DNA from: Saccostrea echinata
Taxonomy: Eukaryota
Length of the DNA stretch: 64,000 bases
Direction of reading: 5' to 3'
Assembly: GCF_033153115.1 (NCBI RefSeq)
Contig: NW_026889796.1
Span: forward strand, 8,494,001 to 8,558,000
Shown: positions 24,801-39,800 of the stretch, one piece after another
Numbering within the stretch: position 1 is the first letter of the stretch
Layout: each line of letters starts with the position of its first letter
Made by a program: the position numbers and the translations under genes
Notes under the pieces: generated by a model
Database searches by the model: none
Seen by the model: only the letters and a program-made list of their open reading frames with translations
Told to the model about the DNA's origin: nothing

Positions 24801-27800
24801 ATGCAAGAGAATGAAAGAAGTTGGTTGATAAGCAGATGTTTTTAATAAGTTTTGGAATGTTTGAATTTGTAGACTTGTGAAACAAAGATACGCAGAGATA
24901 AAGATGAAATTCGCAAGAAATGTGAAAAGACCAAGGATTGCAAGCCTAAATGTGATGCGAAAGACAAGGAATGCACCATGTGTTGCACCGGGGATCTGTG
25001 TAACAAAGATCATGGTAGGAAGAAAATTAACGTAAAATAACAAAAGAAATTTAAATATAATTCGTGTTTACGGAAGAAATTGTGAAACGTCTTGGAAGAA
25101 TTATGTGTTATAAGAAGTGTGATTTTGTTAATTAGGATATGCTGAGTTCAAAGCTTGGGGACAATGGTCGTCATGTAGCAAACAATGTGGAGGAGGCAAG
25201 CGCAGCAGAAGCAGACAGTGTTCTTCTACAGGCAATCTTCCATGTTCTGGTGATACCAAAGAGGAGCAAGATTGCAACAAGCACTCATGTCCTCCGAAAG
25301 GTAGTGTTGAAAATGTGTTAATTCGTTTTTTCTTATTTTTGAAAGCAGAGGTCTTTGTCTCATTAGAATTAACTTTCGAGTTCTGAAAGAATTAAGGGTA
25401 AGACTTTAATTTTTATGCGTACATAAGTTCGCTATATCATTATCACCTTTCCACGAGATAAATTGAAATGCTTGTCTTTTTGGCGAGTAAACAATTTTGG
25501 AGGAAACGCATACTTGAAAACAATCTGATTGATTTTACAATGAAACTCGTTTTATACGAATATAAAATAGGTTATTTAGATATGCAGCTATAGGCAGCTA
25601 TGTTCTATGGGGTTCCCCAATAAAATTCCAAGTTAGAAAGGTATTGAGAGGAAAAAGAATGAACTGATATTTTCTAATGCAATAGACAGGACTTAAACAT
25701 CCTTAATGTCTTATATTTTCAGGTGTACAGAGATGTTACACGTGCTCACATGGAAAGAAAAATAGTGACTGTACAAAGATAGAAACTTGCAAGAAGGATG
25801 AGGAGGTAAAACTAGCAAATACTTTGAAAGTGGAAAGATGTGCGTAGGGTTGGGCAGATCCATGCTGTTACCAAAGATTCGTTTCAAAAACCATTTGCTA
25901 AACCGTTTTTTGCTTGAATTGATGTACGTTTTAATACATGTTCGTTCTTAGCAATTAAATATTAAGAATCTACGAGGTCTCCTTCCTTTTGTTATCCATC
26001 CAACTGGGAGAAAAATTCAGTCCAGTTAAAAGAATAAAAGAAGTTGGTTGATGAGCAGATGTTTGAAATGAGCTTAAGCTTTTGAATGTTTGATCTTGCA
26101 GACTTGTGAAACAAAGATACGCAGAGATAAAGGCGAAATTCGCAAGAAATGCGAAAAGACCAAGGATTGCAAGCCTAAATGTGATGCAAAAGACAAGGAA
26201 TGCACCATGTGTTGCACCGGGGATCTGTGTAACAAAGACCACGGTAGATAATTTTTTTTTTTTTACAAAATAATTCAGAAAGGATTAAAAGGTGTTCACG
26301 TCAGAAATTGAGAACGATTTTAAAGATTTGTATAGTAAGAAGCAATGAAGTTCTAATTGTGTATTGTAGGATATGCAGAGTTCAAGGCTTGGGGACAATG
26401 GTCGTCATGTAGCAAACAATGTGGAGGAGGCAAGCGCAGCAGAAGCCGACAATGTTCCTCTACAGGCAATCTTCCATGTTCTGGTGATACCAAAGAGGAG
26501 CAAGATTGCAACAAGCATTCATGTCAAACAAATGGTAGTGTTCAAAGAACTGTCTTTTCTGTTTCATCTTGTAATCTGAAGAGCTTTGGCTAAAAAATTG
26601 TATTTGACCGGATATATTTGCTACTTTTATATCATAACGAAAAGGGTGCTGATTGGGAATGACACTGCTTATCTCCCATATTTCTGATATGACCAGTTAA
26701 TAAATATTTGAAATATAATTGTCTGGAGCAACAATGTGATCGACCAACTAAAAGTTTTGCTTTTACATATTCACTTCATTGTCATCTTTGCTGCTTTAAA
26801 ATGGGAAAAAAAGTTGGCTGATTAGATGAAAACGGAGATATCCTTGGGATGGGGAAATGTTTTATAAGGTCATTCAACATTGTTACATTGTTATATGATC
26901 TATTTCCAACACTTCTAAGTAGAATTATTTCCCATAAGAATTGTGCCGTTTTGTGGAGTTTTTTTGTTTGTTTGATTCATGATAACATCAAAAAATTTTG
27001 AATTAATTTATTTTAATATAGTACATAGCTTCTACTTAAAACTAGGTACTACTAGGTACTACTACTTCATGTATTTTTGAAACCCTTAAAAGAAGTGTAA
27101 GTCGTAATTGATGTTGTATTTAATGCGTCTTTTTAAGGTAAGTCTGTAGATCAAACTTGTTACTACCATGTTGATTCTGAAACCTTTCAATGTAGTTTGC
27201 GTGAGCGATTGTAAAGGAAAGAAGAATGGAGACTACCAATCCTGTAGCACGTGTAATGGTTTCATCAAATGCTCCAACTCCAAATTGCATAATTTCAAAT
27301 GCCCAGGATCAACTGTCTGGGATGACAAATCTAAAAGATGTGAATGGACATCAACTACCTGTAATTCTAAACCAGGTAGGAATGAAAATATCATCTGATT
27401 GTTACATCAGTGGTTTTAGTGTAGGCCAGCCACTTTGAATATTTCTTTTAGGTGGGTTGCGATAAGTGGATGAAAGAATTTGGTTTCTAGGTTTATTATT
27501 TTTACAGGCAAATAAAATAAGAACTTCAAAACAGATTTTGAAAAAATATGTACTCTTCGTGCATTTTCCTTCTGGTTTTGTGCAAGCTGACATGAAAGAA
27601 TATAAAGTGATATCTTTTACTGAAATAGAATAAACTGACAATGAATGTGTTTTGTATTTCCAGCTTTACAGAGATGTTACACGTGCTCACACGGAAAGAA
27701 AAATAGTGACTGTACAAAGATAGAAACTTGCAAGAAGGATGAGGAGGTAAAACTAGCAAATACTTTGAAAGTGGAGAGATGTCCATAGATTGGATATATT

Positions 27801-30800
27801 CATGTTCTTCGATGTTTTCCTTTTAAACTCAAAACTGAGAAAATTAAGTGCATGCAAGAGAATGAAAGAAGTTGGTTGATAAGCAGATGTTTTTGATAAG
27901 TTTTGGAATGTTTGAATTTGTAGACTTGTGAAACAAAGATACGCAGAGATAAAGATGAAATTCGCAAGAAATGTGAAAAGACCAAGGATTGCAAGCCTAA
28001 ATGTGATGCGAAAGACAAGGAATGCACCATGTGTTGCACCGGGGATCTGTGTAACAAAGATCATGGTAGGAAGAAAATTAACGTAAAATAACAAAAGAAA
28101 TTTAAATATAATTCGTGTTTACGGAAGAAATTGTGAAACGTCTTGGAAGAATTATGTGTTATAAGAAGTGTGATTTTGTTAATTAGGATATGCTGAGTTC
28201 AAAGCTTGGGGACAATGGTCGTCATGTAGCAAACAATGTGGAGGAGGCAAGCGCAGCAGAAGCAGACAGTGTTCTTCTACAGGCAATCTTCCATGTTCTG
28301 GTGATACCAAAGAGGAGCAAGATTGCAACAAGCACTCATGTCCTCCGAAAGGTAGTGTTGAAAATGTGTTAATTCGTTTTTTTCTTATTTTTGAAAGCAG
28401 AGGTCTTTGTCTCATTAGAATTAACTTTCGAGTTCTGAAAGAATTAAGGGTAAGACTTTAATTTTTATGCGTACATAAGTTCGCTATATCATTATCACCT
28501 TTCCACGAGATAAATTGAAATGCTTGTCTTTTTGGCGAGTAAACAATTTTGGAGGAAACGCATACTTGAAAACAATCTGATTGATTTTACAATGAAACTC
28601 GTTTTATACGAATATAAAATAGGTTATTTAGATATGCAGCTATGGGCAGCTATGTTCTATGGGGTTCCCCAATAAAATTCCAAGTTAGAAAGGTATTGAG
28701 AGGAAAAAGAATGAACTGATATTTTCTAATGCAATAGACAGGACTTAAACATCCTTAATGTCTTATATTTTCAGGTGTACAGAGATGTTACACGTGCTCA
28801 CATGGAAAGAAAAATAGTGACTGTACAAAGATAGAAACTTGCAAGAAGGATGAAGAGGTAAAACTAGCAAATACTTTGAAAGTGGAAAGATGTGCGTAGG
28901 GTTGGGCAGATCCATGCTGTTACCAAAGATTCGTTTCAAAAACCATTTGCTAAACCGTTTTTTGCTTGAATTGATGTACGTTTTAATACATGTTCGTTCT
29001 TAGCAATTAAATATTAAGAATCTACGAGGTCTCCTTCCTTTTGTTATCCATCCAACTGGGAGAAAAATTCAGTCCAGTTAAAAGAATAAAAGAAGTTGGT
29101 TGATGAGCAGATGTTTGAAATGAGCTTAAGCTTTTGAATGTTTGATCTTGCAGACTTGTGAAACAAAGATACGCAGAGATAAAGGCGAAATTCGCAAGAA
29201 ATGCGAAAAGACCAAGGATTGCAAGCCTAAATGTGATGCAAAAGACAAGGAATGCACCATGTGTTGCACCGGGGATCTGTGTAACAAAGACCACGGTAGA
29301 TAATTTTTTTTTTTACAAAATAATTCAGAAAGGATTAAAAGGTGTTCACGTCAGAAATTGAGAACGATTTTAAAGATTTGTATAGTAAGAAGCAATGAAG
29401 TTCTAATTGTGTATTGTAGGATATGCAGAGTTCAAGGCTTGGGGACAATGGTCGTCATGTAGCAAACAATGTGGAGGAGGCAAGCGCAGCAGAAGCCGAC
29501 AATGTTCCTCTACAGGCAATCTTCCATGTTCTGGTGATACCAAAGAGGAGCAAGATTGCAACAAGCATTCATGTCAAACAAATGGTAGTGTTCAAAGAAC
29601 TGTCTTTTCTGTTTCATCTTGTAATCTGAAGAGCTTTGGCTAAAAAATTGTATTTGACCGGATATATTTGCTACTTTTATATCATAACGAAAAGGGTGCT
29701 GATTGGGAATGACACTGCTTATCTCCCATATTTCTGATATGACCAGTTAATAAATATTTGAAATATAATTGTCTGGAGCAACAATGTGATCGACCAACTA
29801 AAAGTTTTGCTTTTACATATTCACTTCATTGTCATCTTTGCTGCTTTAAAATGGGAAAAAAAGTTGACTGATTAGATGAAAACGGAGATATCCTTGGGAT
29901 GGGGAAATGTTTTATAAGGTCATTCAACATTGTTACATTGTTATATGATCTATTTCCAACACTTCTAAGTAGAATTATTTCCCATAAGAATTGTGCCGTT
30001 TTGTGGAGTTTTTTTGTTTGTTTGATGCATGATAACATCAAAAAATTTTGAATTAATTTATTTTAATATAGTACATAGCTTCTACTTAAAACTAGGTACT
30101 ACTAGGTACTACTACTTCATGTATTTTTGAAACCCTTAAAAGAAGTGTAAGTCGTAATTGATGTTGTATTTAATGCGTCTTTTTAAGGTAAGTCTGTAGA
30201 TCAAACTTGTTACTACCATGTTGATTCTGAAACCTTTCAATGTAGTTTGCGTGAGCGATTGTAAAGGAAAGAAGAATGGAGACTACCAATCCTGTAGCAC
30301 GTGTAATGGTTTCATCAAATGCTCCAACTCCAAATTGCATAATTTCAAATGCCCAGGATCAACTGTCTGGGATGACAAATCTAAAAGATGTGAATGGACA
30401 TCAACTACCTGTAATTCTAAACCAGGTAGGAATGAAAATATCATCTGATTGTTACATCAGTGGTTTTAGTGTAGGCCAGCCACTTTGAATATTTCTTTTA
30501 GGTGGGTTGCGATAAGTAGATGAAAGAATTTGGTTTCTAGGTTTATTATTTTTACAGGCAAATAAAATAAGAACTTCAAAACAGATTTTGAAAAAATATG
30601 TACTCTTCGTGCATTTTCCTTCTGGTTTTGTGCAAGCTGACATGAAAGAATATAAAGTGATATCTTTTACTGAAATAGAATAAACTGACAATGAATGTGT
30701 TTTGTATTTCCAGCTTTACAGAGATGTTACACGTGCTCACACGGAAAGAAAAATAGTGACTGTACAAAGATAGAAACTTGCAAGAAGGATGAGGAGGTAA

Positions 30801-33800
30801 AACTAGCAAATACTTTGAAAGTGGAGAGATGTCCATAGATTGGATATATTCATGTTCTTCGATGTTTTCCTTTTAAACTCAAAACTGAGAAAATTAAGTG
30901 CATGCAAGAGAATGAAAGAAGTTGGTTGATAAGCAGATGTTTTTGATAAGTTTTGGAATGTTTGAATTTGTAGACTTGTGAAACAAAGATACGCAGAGAT
31001 AAAGATGAAATTCGCAAGAAATGTGAAAAGACCAAGGATTGCAAGCCTAAATGTGATGCGAAAGACAAGGAATGCACCATGTGTTGCACCGGGGATCTGT
31101 GTAACAAAGATCATGGTAGGAAGAAAATTAACGTAAAATAACAAAAGAAATTTAAATATAATTCGTGTTTACGGAAGAAATTGTGAAACGTCTTGGAAGA
31201 ATTATGTGTTATAAGAAGTGTGATTTTGTTAATTAGGATATGCTGAGTTCAAAGCTTGGGGACAATGGTCGTCATGTAGCAAACAATGTGGAGGAGGCAA
31301 GCGCAGCAGAAGCAGACAGTGTTCTTCTACAGGCAATCTTCCATGTTCTGGTGATACCAAAGAGGAGCAAGATTGCAACAAGCACTCATGTCCTCCGAAA
31401 GGTAGTGTTGAAAATGTGTTAATTCGTTTTTTTCTTATTTTTGAAAGCAGAGGTCTTTGTCTCATTAGAATTAACTTTCGAGTTCTGAAAGAATTAAGGG
31501 TAAGACTTTAATTTTTATGCGTACATAAGTTCGCTATATCATTATCACCTTTCCACGAGATAAATTGAAATGCTTGTCTTTTTGGCGAGTAAACAATTTT
31601 GGAGGAAACGCATACTTGAAAACAATCTGATTGATTTTACAATGAAACTCGTTTTATACGAATATAAAATAGGTTATTTAGATATGCAGCTATGGGCAGC
31701 TATGTTCTATGGGGTTCCCCAATAAAATTCCAAGTTAGAAAGGTATTGAGAGGAAAAAGAATGAACTGATATTTTCTAATGCAATAGACAGGACTTAAAC
31801 ATCCTTAATGTCTTATATTTTCAGGTGTACAGAGATGTTACACGTGCTCACACGGAAAGAAAAATAGTGACTGTACAAAGATAGAAACTTGCAAGAAGGA
31901 TGAGGAGGTAAAACTAGCAAATACTTTGAAAGTGGAAAGATGTGCGTAGGGTTGGGCAGATCCATGCTGTTACCAAAGATTCGTTTCAAAAACCATTTGC
32001 TAAACCGTTTTTTGCTTGAATTGATGTACGTTTTAATACATGTTCGTTCTTAGCAATTAAATATTAAGAATCTACGAGGTCTCCTTCCTTTTGTTATCCA
32101 TCCAACTGGGAGAAAAATTCAGTCCAGTTAAAAGAATAAAAGAAGTTGGTTGATGAGCAGATGTTTGAAATGAGCTTAAGCTTTTGAATGTTTGATCTTG
32201 CAGACTTGTGAAACAAAGATACGCAGAGATAAAGGCGAAATTCGCAAGAAATGCGAAAAGACCAAGGATTGCAAGCCTAAATGTGATGCAAAAGACAAGG
32301 AATGCACCATGTGTTGCACCGGGGATCTGTGTAACAAAGACCACGGTAGATAATTTTTTTTTTACAAAATAATTCAGAAAGGATTAAAAGGTGTTCACGT
32401 CAGAAATTGAGAACGATTTTAAAGATTTGTATAGTAAGAAGCAATGAAGTTCTAATTGTGTATTGTAGGATATGCAGAGTTCAAGGCTTGGGGACAATGG
32501 TCGTCATGTAGCAAACAATGTGGAGGAGGCAAGCGCAGCAGAAGCCGACAATGTTCCTCTACAGGCAATCTTCCATGTTCTGGTGATACCAAAGAGGAGC
32601 AAGATTGCAACAAGCATTCATGTCAAACAAATGGTAGTGTTCAAAGAACTGTCTTTTCTGTTTCATCTTGTAATCTGAAGAGCTTTGGCTAAAAAATTGT
32701 ATTTGACCGGATATATTTGCTACTTTTATATCATAACGAAAAGGGTGCTGATTGGGAATGACACTGCTTATCTCCCATATTTCTGATATGACCAGTTAAG
32801 AAATATTTGAAATATAATTGTCTGGAGCAACAATGTGATCGACCAACTAAAAGTTTTGCTTTTACATATTCACTTCATTGTCATCTTTGCTGCTTTAAAA
32901 TGGGAAAAAAAGTTGACTGATTAGATGAAAACGGAGATATCCTTGGGATGGGGAAATGTTTTATAAGGTCATTCAACATTGTTACATTGTTATATGATCT
33001 ATTTCCAACACTTCTAAGTAGAATTATTTCCCATAAGAATTGTGCCGTTTTGTGGAGTTTTTTGTTTGTTTGATGCATGATAACGTCAAAAAATTTTGAA
33101 TTAATTTATTTTAATATAGTACATAGCTTCTACTTAAAACTAAGTACTACTAGGTACTACTACTTCATGTATTTTTGAAACCCTTAAAAGAAGTGTAAGT
33201 CGTAATTGATGTTGTATTTAATGCGTCTTTTTAAGGTAAGTCTGTAGATCAAACTTGTTACTACCATGTTGATTCTGAAACCTTTCAATGTAGTTTGCGT
33301 GAGCGATTGTAAAGGAAAGAAGAATGGAGACTACCAATCCTGTAGCACGTGTAATGGTTTCATCAAATGCTCCAACTCCAAATTGCATAATTTCAAATGC
33401 CCAGGATCAACTGTCTGGGATGACAAATCTAAAAGATGTGAATGGACATCAACTACCTGTAATTCTAAACCAGGTAGGAATGAAAATATCATCTGATTGT
33501 TACATCAGTGGTTTTAGTGTAGGCCAGCCACTTTGAATATTTCTTTTAGGTGGGTTGCGATAAGTGGATGAAAGAATTTGGTTTCTAGGTTTATTATTTT
33601 TACAGGCAAATAAAATAAGAACTTCAAAACAGATTTTGAAAAAATATGTACTCTTCGTGCATTTTCCTTCTGGTTTTGTGCAAGCTGACATGAAAGAATA
33701 TAAAGTGATATCTTTTACTGAAATAGAATAAACTGACAATGAATGTGTTTTGTATTTCCAGCTTTACAGAGATGTTACACGTGCTCACACGGAAAGAAAA

Positions 33801-36800
33801 ATAGTGACTGTACAAAGATAGAAACTTGCAAGAAGGATGAGGAGGTAAAACTAGCAAATACTTTGAAAGTGGAGAGATGTCCATAGATTGGATATATTCA
33901 TGTTCTTCGATGTTTTCCTTTTAAACTCAAAACTGAGAAAATTAAGTGCATGCAAGAGAATGAAAGAAGTTGGTTGATAAGCAGATGTTTTTAATAAGTT
34001 TTGGAATGTTTGAATTTGTAGACTTGTGAAACAAAGATACGCAGAGATAAAGATGAAATTCGCAAGAAATGTGAAAAGACCAAGGATTGCAAGCCTAAAT
34101 GTGATGCGAAAGACAAGGAATGCACCATGTGTTGCACCGGGGATCTGTGTAACAAAGATCATGGTAGGAAGAAAATTAACGTAAAATAACAAAAGAAATT
34201 TAAATATAATTCGTGTTTACGGAAGAAATTGTGAAACGTCTTGGAAGAATTATGTGTTATAAGAAGTGTGATTTTGTTAATTAGGATATGCTGAGTTCAA
34301 AGCTTGGGGACAATGGTCGTCATGTAGCAAACAATGTGGAGGAGGCAAGCGCAGCAGAAGCAGACAGTGTTCTTCTACAGGCAATCTTCCATGTTCTGGT
34401 GATACCAAAGAGGAGCAAGATTGCAACAAGCACTCATGTCCTCCGAAAGGTAGTGTTGAAAATGTGTTAATTCGTTTTTTTCTTATTTTTGAAAGCAGAG
34501 GTCTTTGTCTCATTAGAATTAACTTTCGAGTTCTGAAAGAATTAAGGGTAAGACTTTAATTTTTATGCGTACATAAGTTCGCTATATCATTATCACCTTT
34601 CCACGAGATAAATTGAAATGCTTGTCTTTTTGGCGAGTAAACAATTTTGGAGGAAACGCATACTTGAAAACAATCTGATTGATTTTACAATGAAACTCGT
34701 TTTATACGAATATAAAATAGGTTATTTAGATATGCAGCTATGGGCAGCTATGTTCTATGGGGTTCCCCAATAAAATTCCAAGTTAGAAAGGTATTGAGAG
34801 GAAAAAGAATGAACTGATATTTTCTAATGCAATAGACAGGACTTAAACATCCTTAATGTCTTATATTTTCAGGTGTACAGAGATGTTACACGTGCTCACA
34901 CGGAAAGAAAAATAGTGACTGTACAAAGATAGAAACTTGCAAGAAGGATGAGGAGGTAAAACTAGCAAATACTTTGAAAGTGGAAAGATGTGCGTAGGGT
35001 TGGGCAGATCCATGCTGTTACCAAAGATTCGTTTCAAAAACCATTTGCTAAACCGTTTTTTGCTTGAATTGATGTACGTTTTAATACATGTTCGTTCTTA
35101 GCAATTAAATATTAAGAATCTACGAGGTCTCCTTCCTTTTGTTATCCATCCAACTGGGAGAAAAATTCAGTCCAGTTAAAAGAATAAAAGAAGTTGGTTG
35201 ATGAGCAGATGTTTGAAATGAGCTTAAGCTTTTGAATGTTTGATCTTGCAGACTTGTGAAACAAAGATACGCAGAGATAAAGGCGAAATTCGCAAGAAAT
35301 GCGAAAAGACCAAGGATTGCAAGCCTAAATGTGATGCAAAAGACAAGGAATGCACCATGTGTTGCACCGGGGATCTGTGTAACAAAGACCACGGTAGATA
35401 ATTTTTTTTTTTACAAAATAATTCAGAAAGGATTAAAAGGTGTTCACGTCAGAAATTGAGAACGATTTTAAAGATTTGTATAGTAAGAAGCAATGAAGTT
35501 CTAATTGTGTATTGTAGGATATGCAGAGTTCAAGGCTTGGGGACAATGGTCGTCATGTAGCAAACAATGTGGAGGAGGCAAGCGCAGCAGAAGCCGACAA
35601 TGTTCCTCTACAGGCAATCTTCCATGTTCTGGTGATACAAAAGAGGAGCAAGATTGCAACAAGCATTCATGTCAAACAAATGGTAGTGTTCAAAGAACTG
35701 TCTTTTCTGTTTCATCTTGTAATCTGAAGAGCTTTGGCTAAAAAATTGTATTTGACCGGATATATTTGCTACTTTTATATCATAACGAAAAGGGTGCTGA
35801 TTGGGAATGACACTGCTTATCTCCCATATTTCTGATATGACCAGTTAATAAATATTTGAAATATAATTGTCTGGAGCAACAATGTGATCGACCAACTAAA
35901 AGTTTTGCTTTTACATATTCACTTCATTGTCATCTTTGCTGCTTTAAAATGGGAAAAAAAGTTGACTGATTAGATGAAAACGGAGATATCCTTGGGATGG
36001 GGAAATGTTTTATAAGGTCATTCAACATTGTTACATTGTTATATGATCTATTTCCAACACTTCTAAGTAGAATTATTTCCCATAAGAATTGTGCCGTTTT
36101 GTGGAGTTTTTTGTTTGTTTGATGCATGATAACGTCAAAAAATTTTGAATTAATTTATTTTAATATAGTACATAGCTTCTACTTAAAACTAAGTACTACT
36201 AGGTACTACTACTTCATGTATTTTTGAAACCCTTAAAAGAAGTGTAAGTCGTAATTGATGTTGTATTTAATGCGTCTTTTTAAGGTAAGTCTGTAGATCA
36301 AACTTGTTACTACCATGTTGATTCTGAAACCTTTCAATGTAGTTTGCGTGAGCGATTGTAAAGGAAAGAAGAATGGAGACTACCAATCCTGTAGCACGTG
36401 TAATGGTTTCATCAAATGCTCCAACTCCAAATTGCATAATTTCAAATGCCCAGGATCAACTGTCTGGGATGACAAATCTAAAAGATGTGAATGGACATCA
36501 ACTACCTGTAATTCTAAACCAGGTAGGAATGAAAATATCATCTGATTGTTACATCAGTGGTTTTAGTGTAGGCCAGCCACTTTGAATATTTCTTTTAGGT
36601 GGGTTGCGATAAGTGGATGAAAGAATTTGGTTTCTAGGTTTATTATTTTTACAGGCAAATAAAATAAGAACTTCAAAACAGATTTTGAAAAAATATGTAC
36701 TCTTCGTGCATTTTCCTTCTGGTTTTGTGCAAGCTGACATGAAAGAATATAAAGTGATATCTTTTACTGAAATAGAATAAACTGACAATGAATGTGTTTT

Positions 36801-39800
36801 GTATTTCCAGCTTTACAGAGATGTTACACGTGCTCACACGGAAAGAAAAATAGTGACTGTACAAAGATAGAAACTTGCAAGAAGGATGAGGAGGTAAAAC
36901 TAGCAAATACTTTGAAAGTGGAGAGATGTCCATAGATTGGATATATTCATGTTCTTCGATGTTTTCCTTTTAAACTCAAAACTGAGAAAATTAAGTGCAT
37001 GCAAGAGAATGAAAGAAGTTGGTTGATAAGCAGATGTTTTTAATAAGTTTTGGAATGTTTGAATTTGTAGACTTGTGAAACAAAGATACGCAGAGATAAA
37101 GATGAAATTCGCAAGAAATGTGAAAAGACCAAGGATTGCAAGCCTAAATGTGATGCGAAAGACAAGGAATGCACCATGTGTTGCACCGGGGATCTGTGTA
37201 ACAAAGATCATGGTAGGAAGAAAATTAACGTAAAATAACAAAAGAAATTTAAATATAATTCGTGTTTACGGAAGAAATTGTGAAAAGTCTTGGAAGAATT
37301 ATGTGTTATAAGAAGTGTGATTTTGTTAATTAGGATATGCTGAGTTCAAAGCTTGGGGACAATGGTCGTCATGTAGCAAACAATGTGGAGGAGGCAAGCG
37401 CAGCAGAAGCAGACAGTGTTCTTCTACAGGCAATCTTCCATGTTCTGGTGATACCAAAGAGGAGCAAGATTGCAACAAGCACTCATGTCCTCCGAAAGGT
37501 AGTGTTGAAAATGTGTTAATTCGTTTTTTCTTATTTTTGAAAGCAGAGGTCTTTGTCTCATTAGAATTAACTTTCGAGTTCTGAAAGAATTAAGGGTAAG
37601 ACTTTAATTTTTATGCGTACATAAGTTCGCTATATCATTATCACCTTTCCACGAGATAAATTGAAATGCTTGTCTTTTTGGCGAGTAAACAATTTTGGAG
37701 GAAACGCATACTTGAAAACAATCTGATTGATTTTACAATGAAACTCGTTTTATACGAATATAAAATAGGTGATTTAGATATGCAGCTATAGGCAGCTATG
37801 TTCTATGGGGTTCCCCAATAAAATTCCAAGTTTGAAAGGTATTGAGAGGAAAAAGAATGAACTGATATTTTCTAATGCAATAGACAGGACTTAAACATCC
37901 TTAATGTCTTATATTTTCAGGTGTACAGAGATGTTACACGTGCTCACATGGAAAGAAAAATAGTGACTGTACAAAGATAGAAACTTGCAAGAAGGATGAG
38001 GAGGTAAAACTAGCAAATACTTTGAAAGTGGAAAGATGTGCGTAGGGTTGGGCAGATCCATGCTGTTACCAAAGATTCGTTTCAAAAACCATTTGCTAAA
38101 CCGTTTTTTGCTTGAATTGATGTACGTTTTAATACATGTTCGTTCTTAGCAATTAAATATTAAGAATCTACGAGGTCTCCTTCCTTTTGTTATCCATCCA
38201 ACTGGGAGAAAAATTCAGTCCAGTTAAAAGAATAAAAGAAGTTGGTTGATGAGCAGATGTTTGAAATGAGCTTAAGCTTTTGAATGTTTGATCTTGCAGA
38301 CTTGTGAAACAAAGATACGCAGAGATAAAGGCGAAATTCGCAAGAAATGCGAAAAGACCAAGGATTGCAAGCCTAAATGTGATGCAAAAGACAAGGAATG
38401 CACCATGTGTTGCACCGGGGATCTGTGTAACAAAGACCACGGTAGATAATTTTTTTTTTTACAAAATAATTCAGAAAGGATTAAAAGGTGTTCACGTCAG
38501 AAATTGAGAACGATTTTAAAGATTTGTATAGTAAGAAGAAGTGTATTGTAGGATATGCAGAGTTCAAGGCTTGGGGACAATGGTCGTCATGTAGCAAACA
38601 ATGTGGAGGAGGCAAGCGCAGCAGAAGCCGACAATGTTCCTCTACAGGCAATCTTCCATGTTCTGGTGATACAAAAGAGGAGCAAGATTGCAACAAGCAT
38701 TCATGTCAAACAAATGGTAGTGTTCAAAGAACTGTCTTTTCTGTTTCATCTTGTAATCTGAAGAACTTTGGCTAAAAAATTGTATTTGACCGGATATATT
38801 TGCTACTTTTATATCATAACGAAAAGGGTGCTGATTGGGAATGACACTGCTTATCTCCCATATTTCTGATATGACCAGTTAATAAATATTTGAAATATAA
38901 TTGTCTGGAGCAACAATGTGATAGACCAACTAAAAGTTTTGCTTTTACATATTCACTTCATTGTCATCTTTGCTGCTTTAAAATGGGAAAAAAAGTTGGC
39001 TGATTAGATGAAAACGGAGATATCCTTGGGATGGGGAAATGTTTTTTAAGGTCATTCAACATTGTTACATTGTTATATGATCTATTTCCAACACTTCTAA
39101 GATAGAATTATTTCCCATAAGAATTGTGCCGTTTTGTGGAGTTTTTTTTTTTGTTTGATTCATGATAACAACAAAAAATTTTGAATTTATTTTAATATAG
39201 TACATAGCTTCTACTTAAAACTAGGTACTACTACTTCATGTATTTTTGAAACCCTTAAAAGAAGTGTAAGTCGTAATTGATGTTGTATTTAATGCGTCTT
39301 TTTAAGGTAAGTCTGTAGATCAAACTTGTTACTACCATGTTGATTCTGAAACCTTTCAATGTAGTTTGCGTGAGCGATTGTAAAGGAAAGAAGAATGGAG
39401 ACTACCAATCCTGTAGCACGTGTAATGGTTTCATCAAATGCTCCAACTCCAAATTGCATAATTTCAAATGCCCAGGATCAACTGTCTGGGATGACAAATC
39501 TAAAAGATGTGAATGGACATCAACTACCTGTAATTCTAAACCAGGTAGGAATGAAAATATCATCTGATTGTTACATCAGTGGTTTTAGTGTAGGCCAGCC
39601 ACTTTGAATATTTCTTTTAGGTGGGTTGCGATAAGTAGATGAAAGAATTTGGTTTCTAGGTTTATTATTTTTACAGGCAAATAAAATAAGAACTTCAAAA
39701 CAGATTTTGAAAAAATATGTACTCTTCGTGCATTTTCCTTCTGGTTTTGTGCAAGCTGACATGAAAGAATATAAAGTGATATCTTTTACTGAAATAGAAT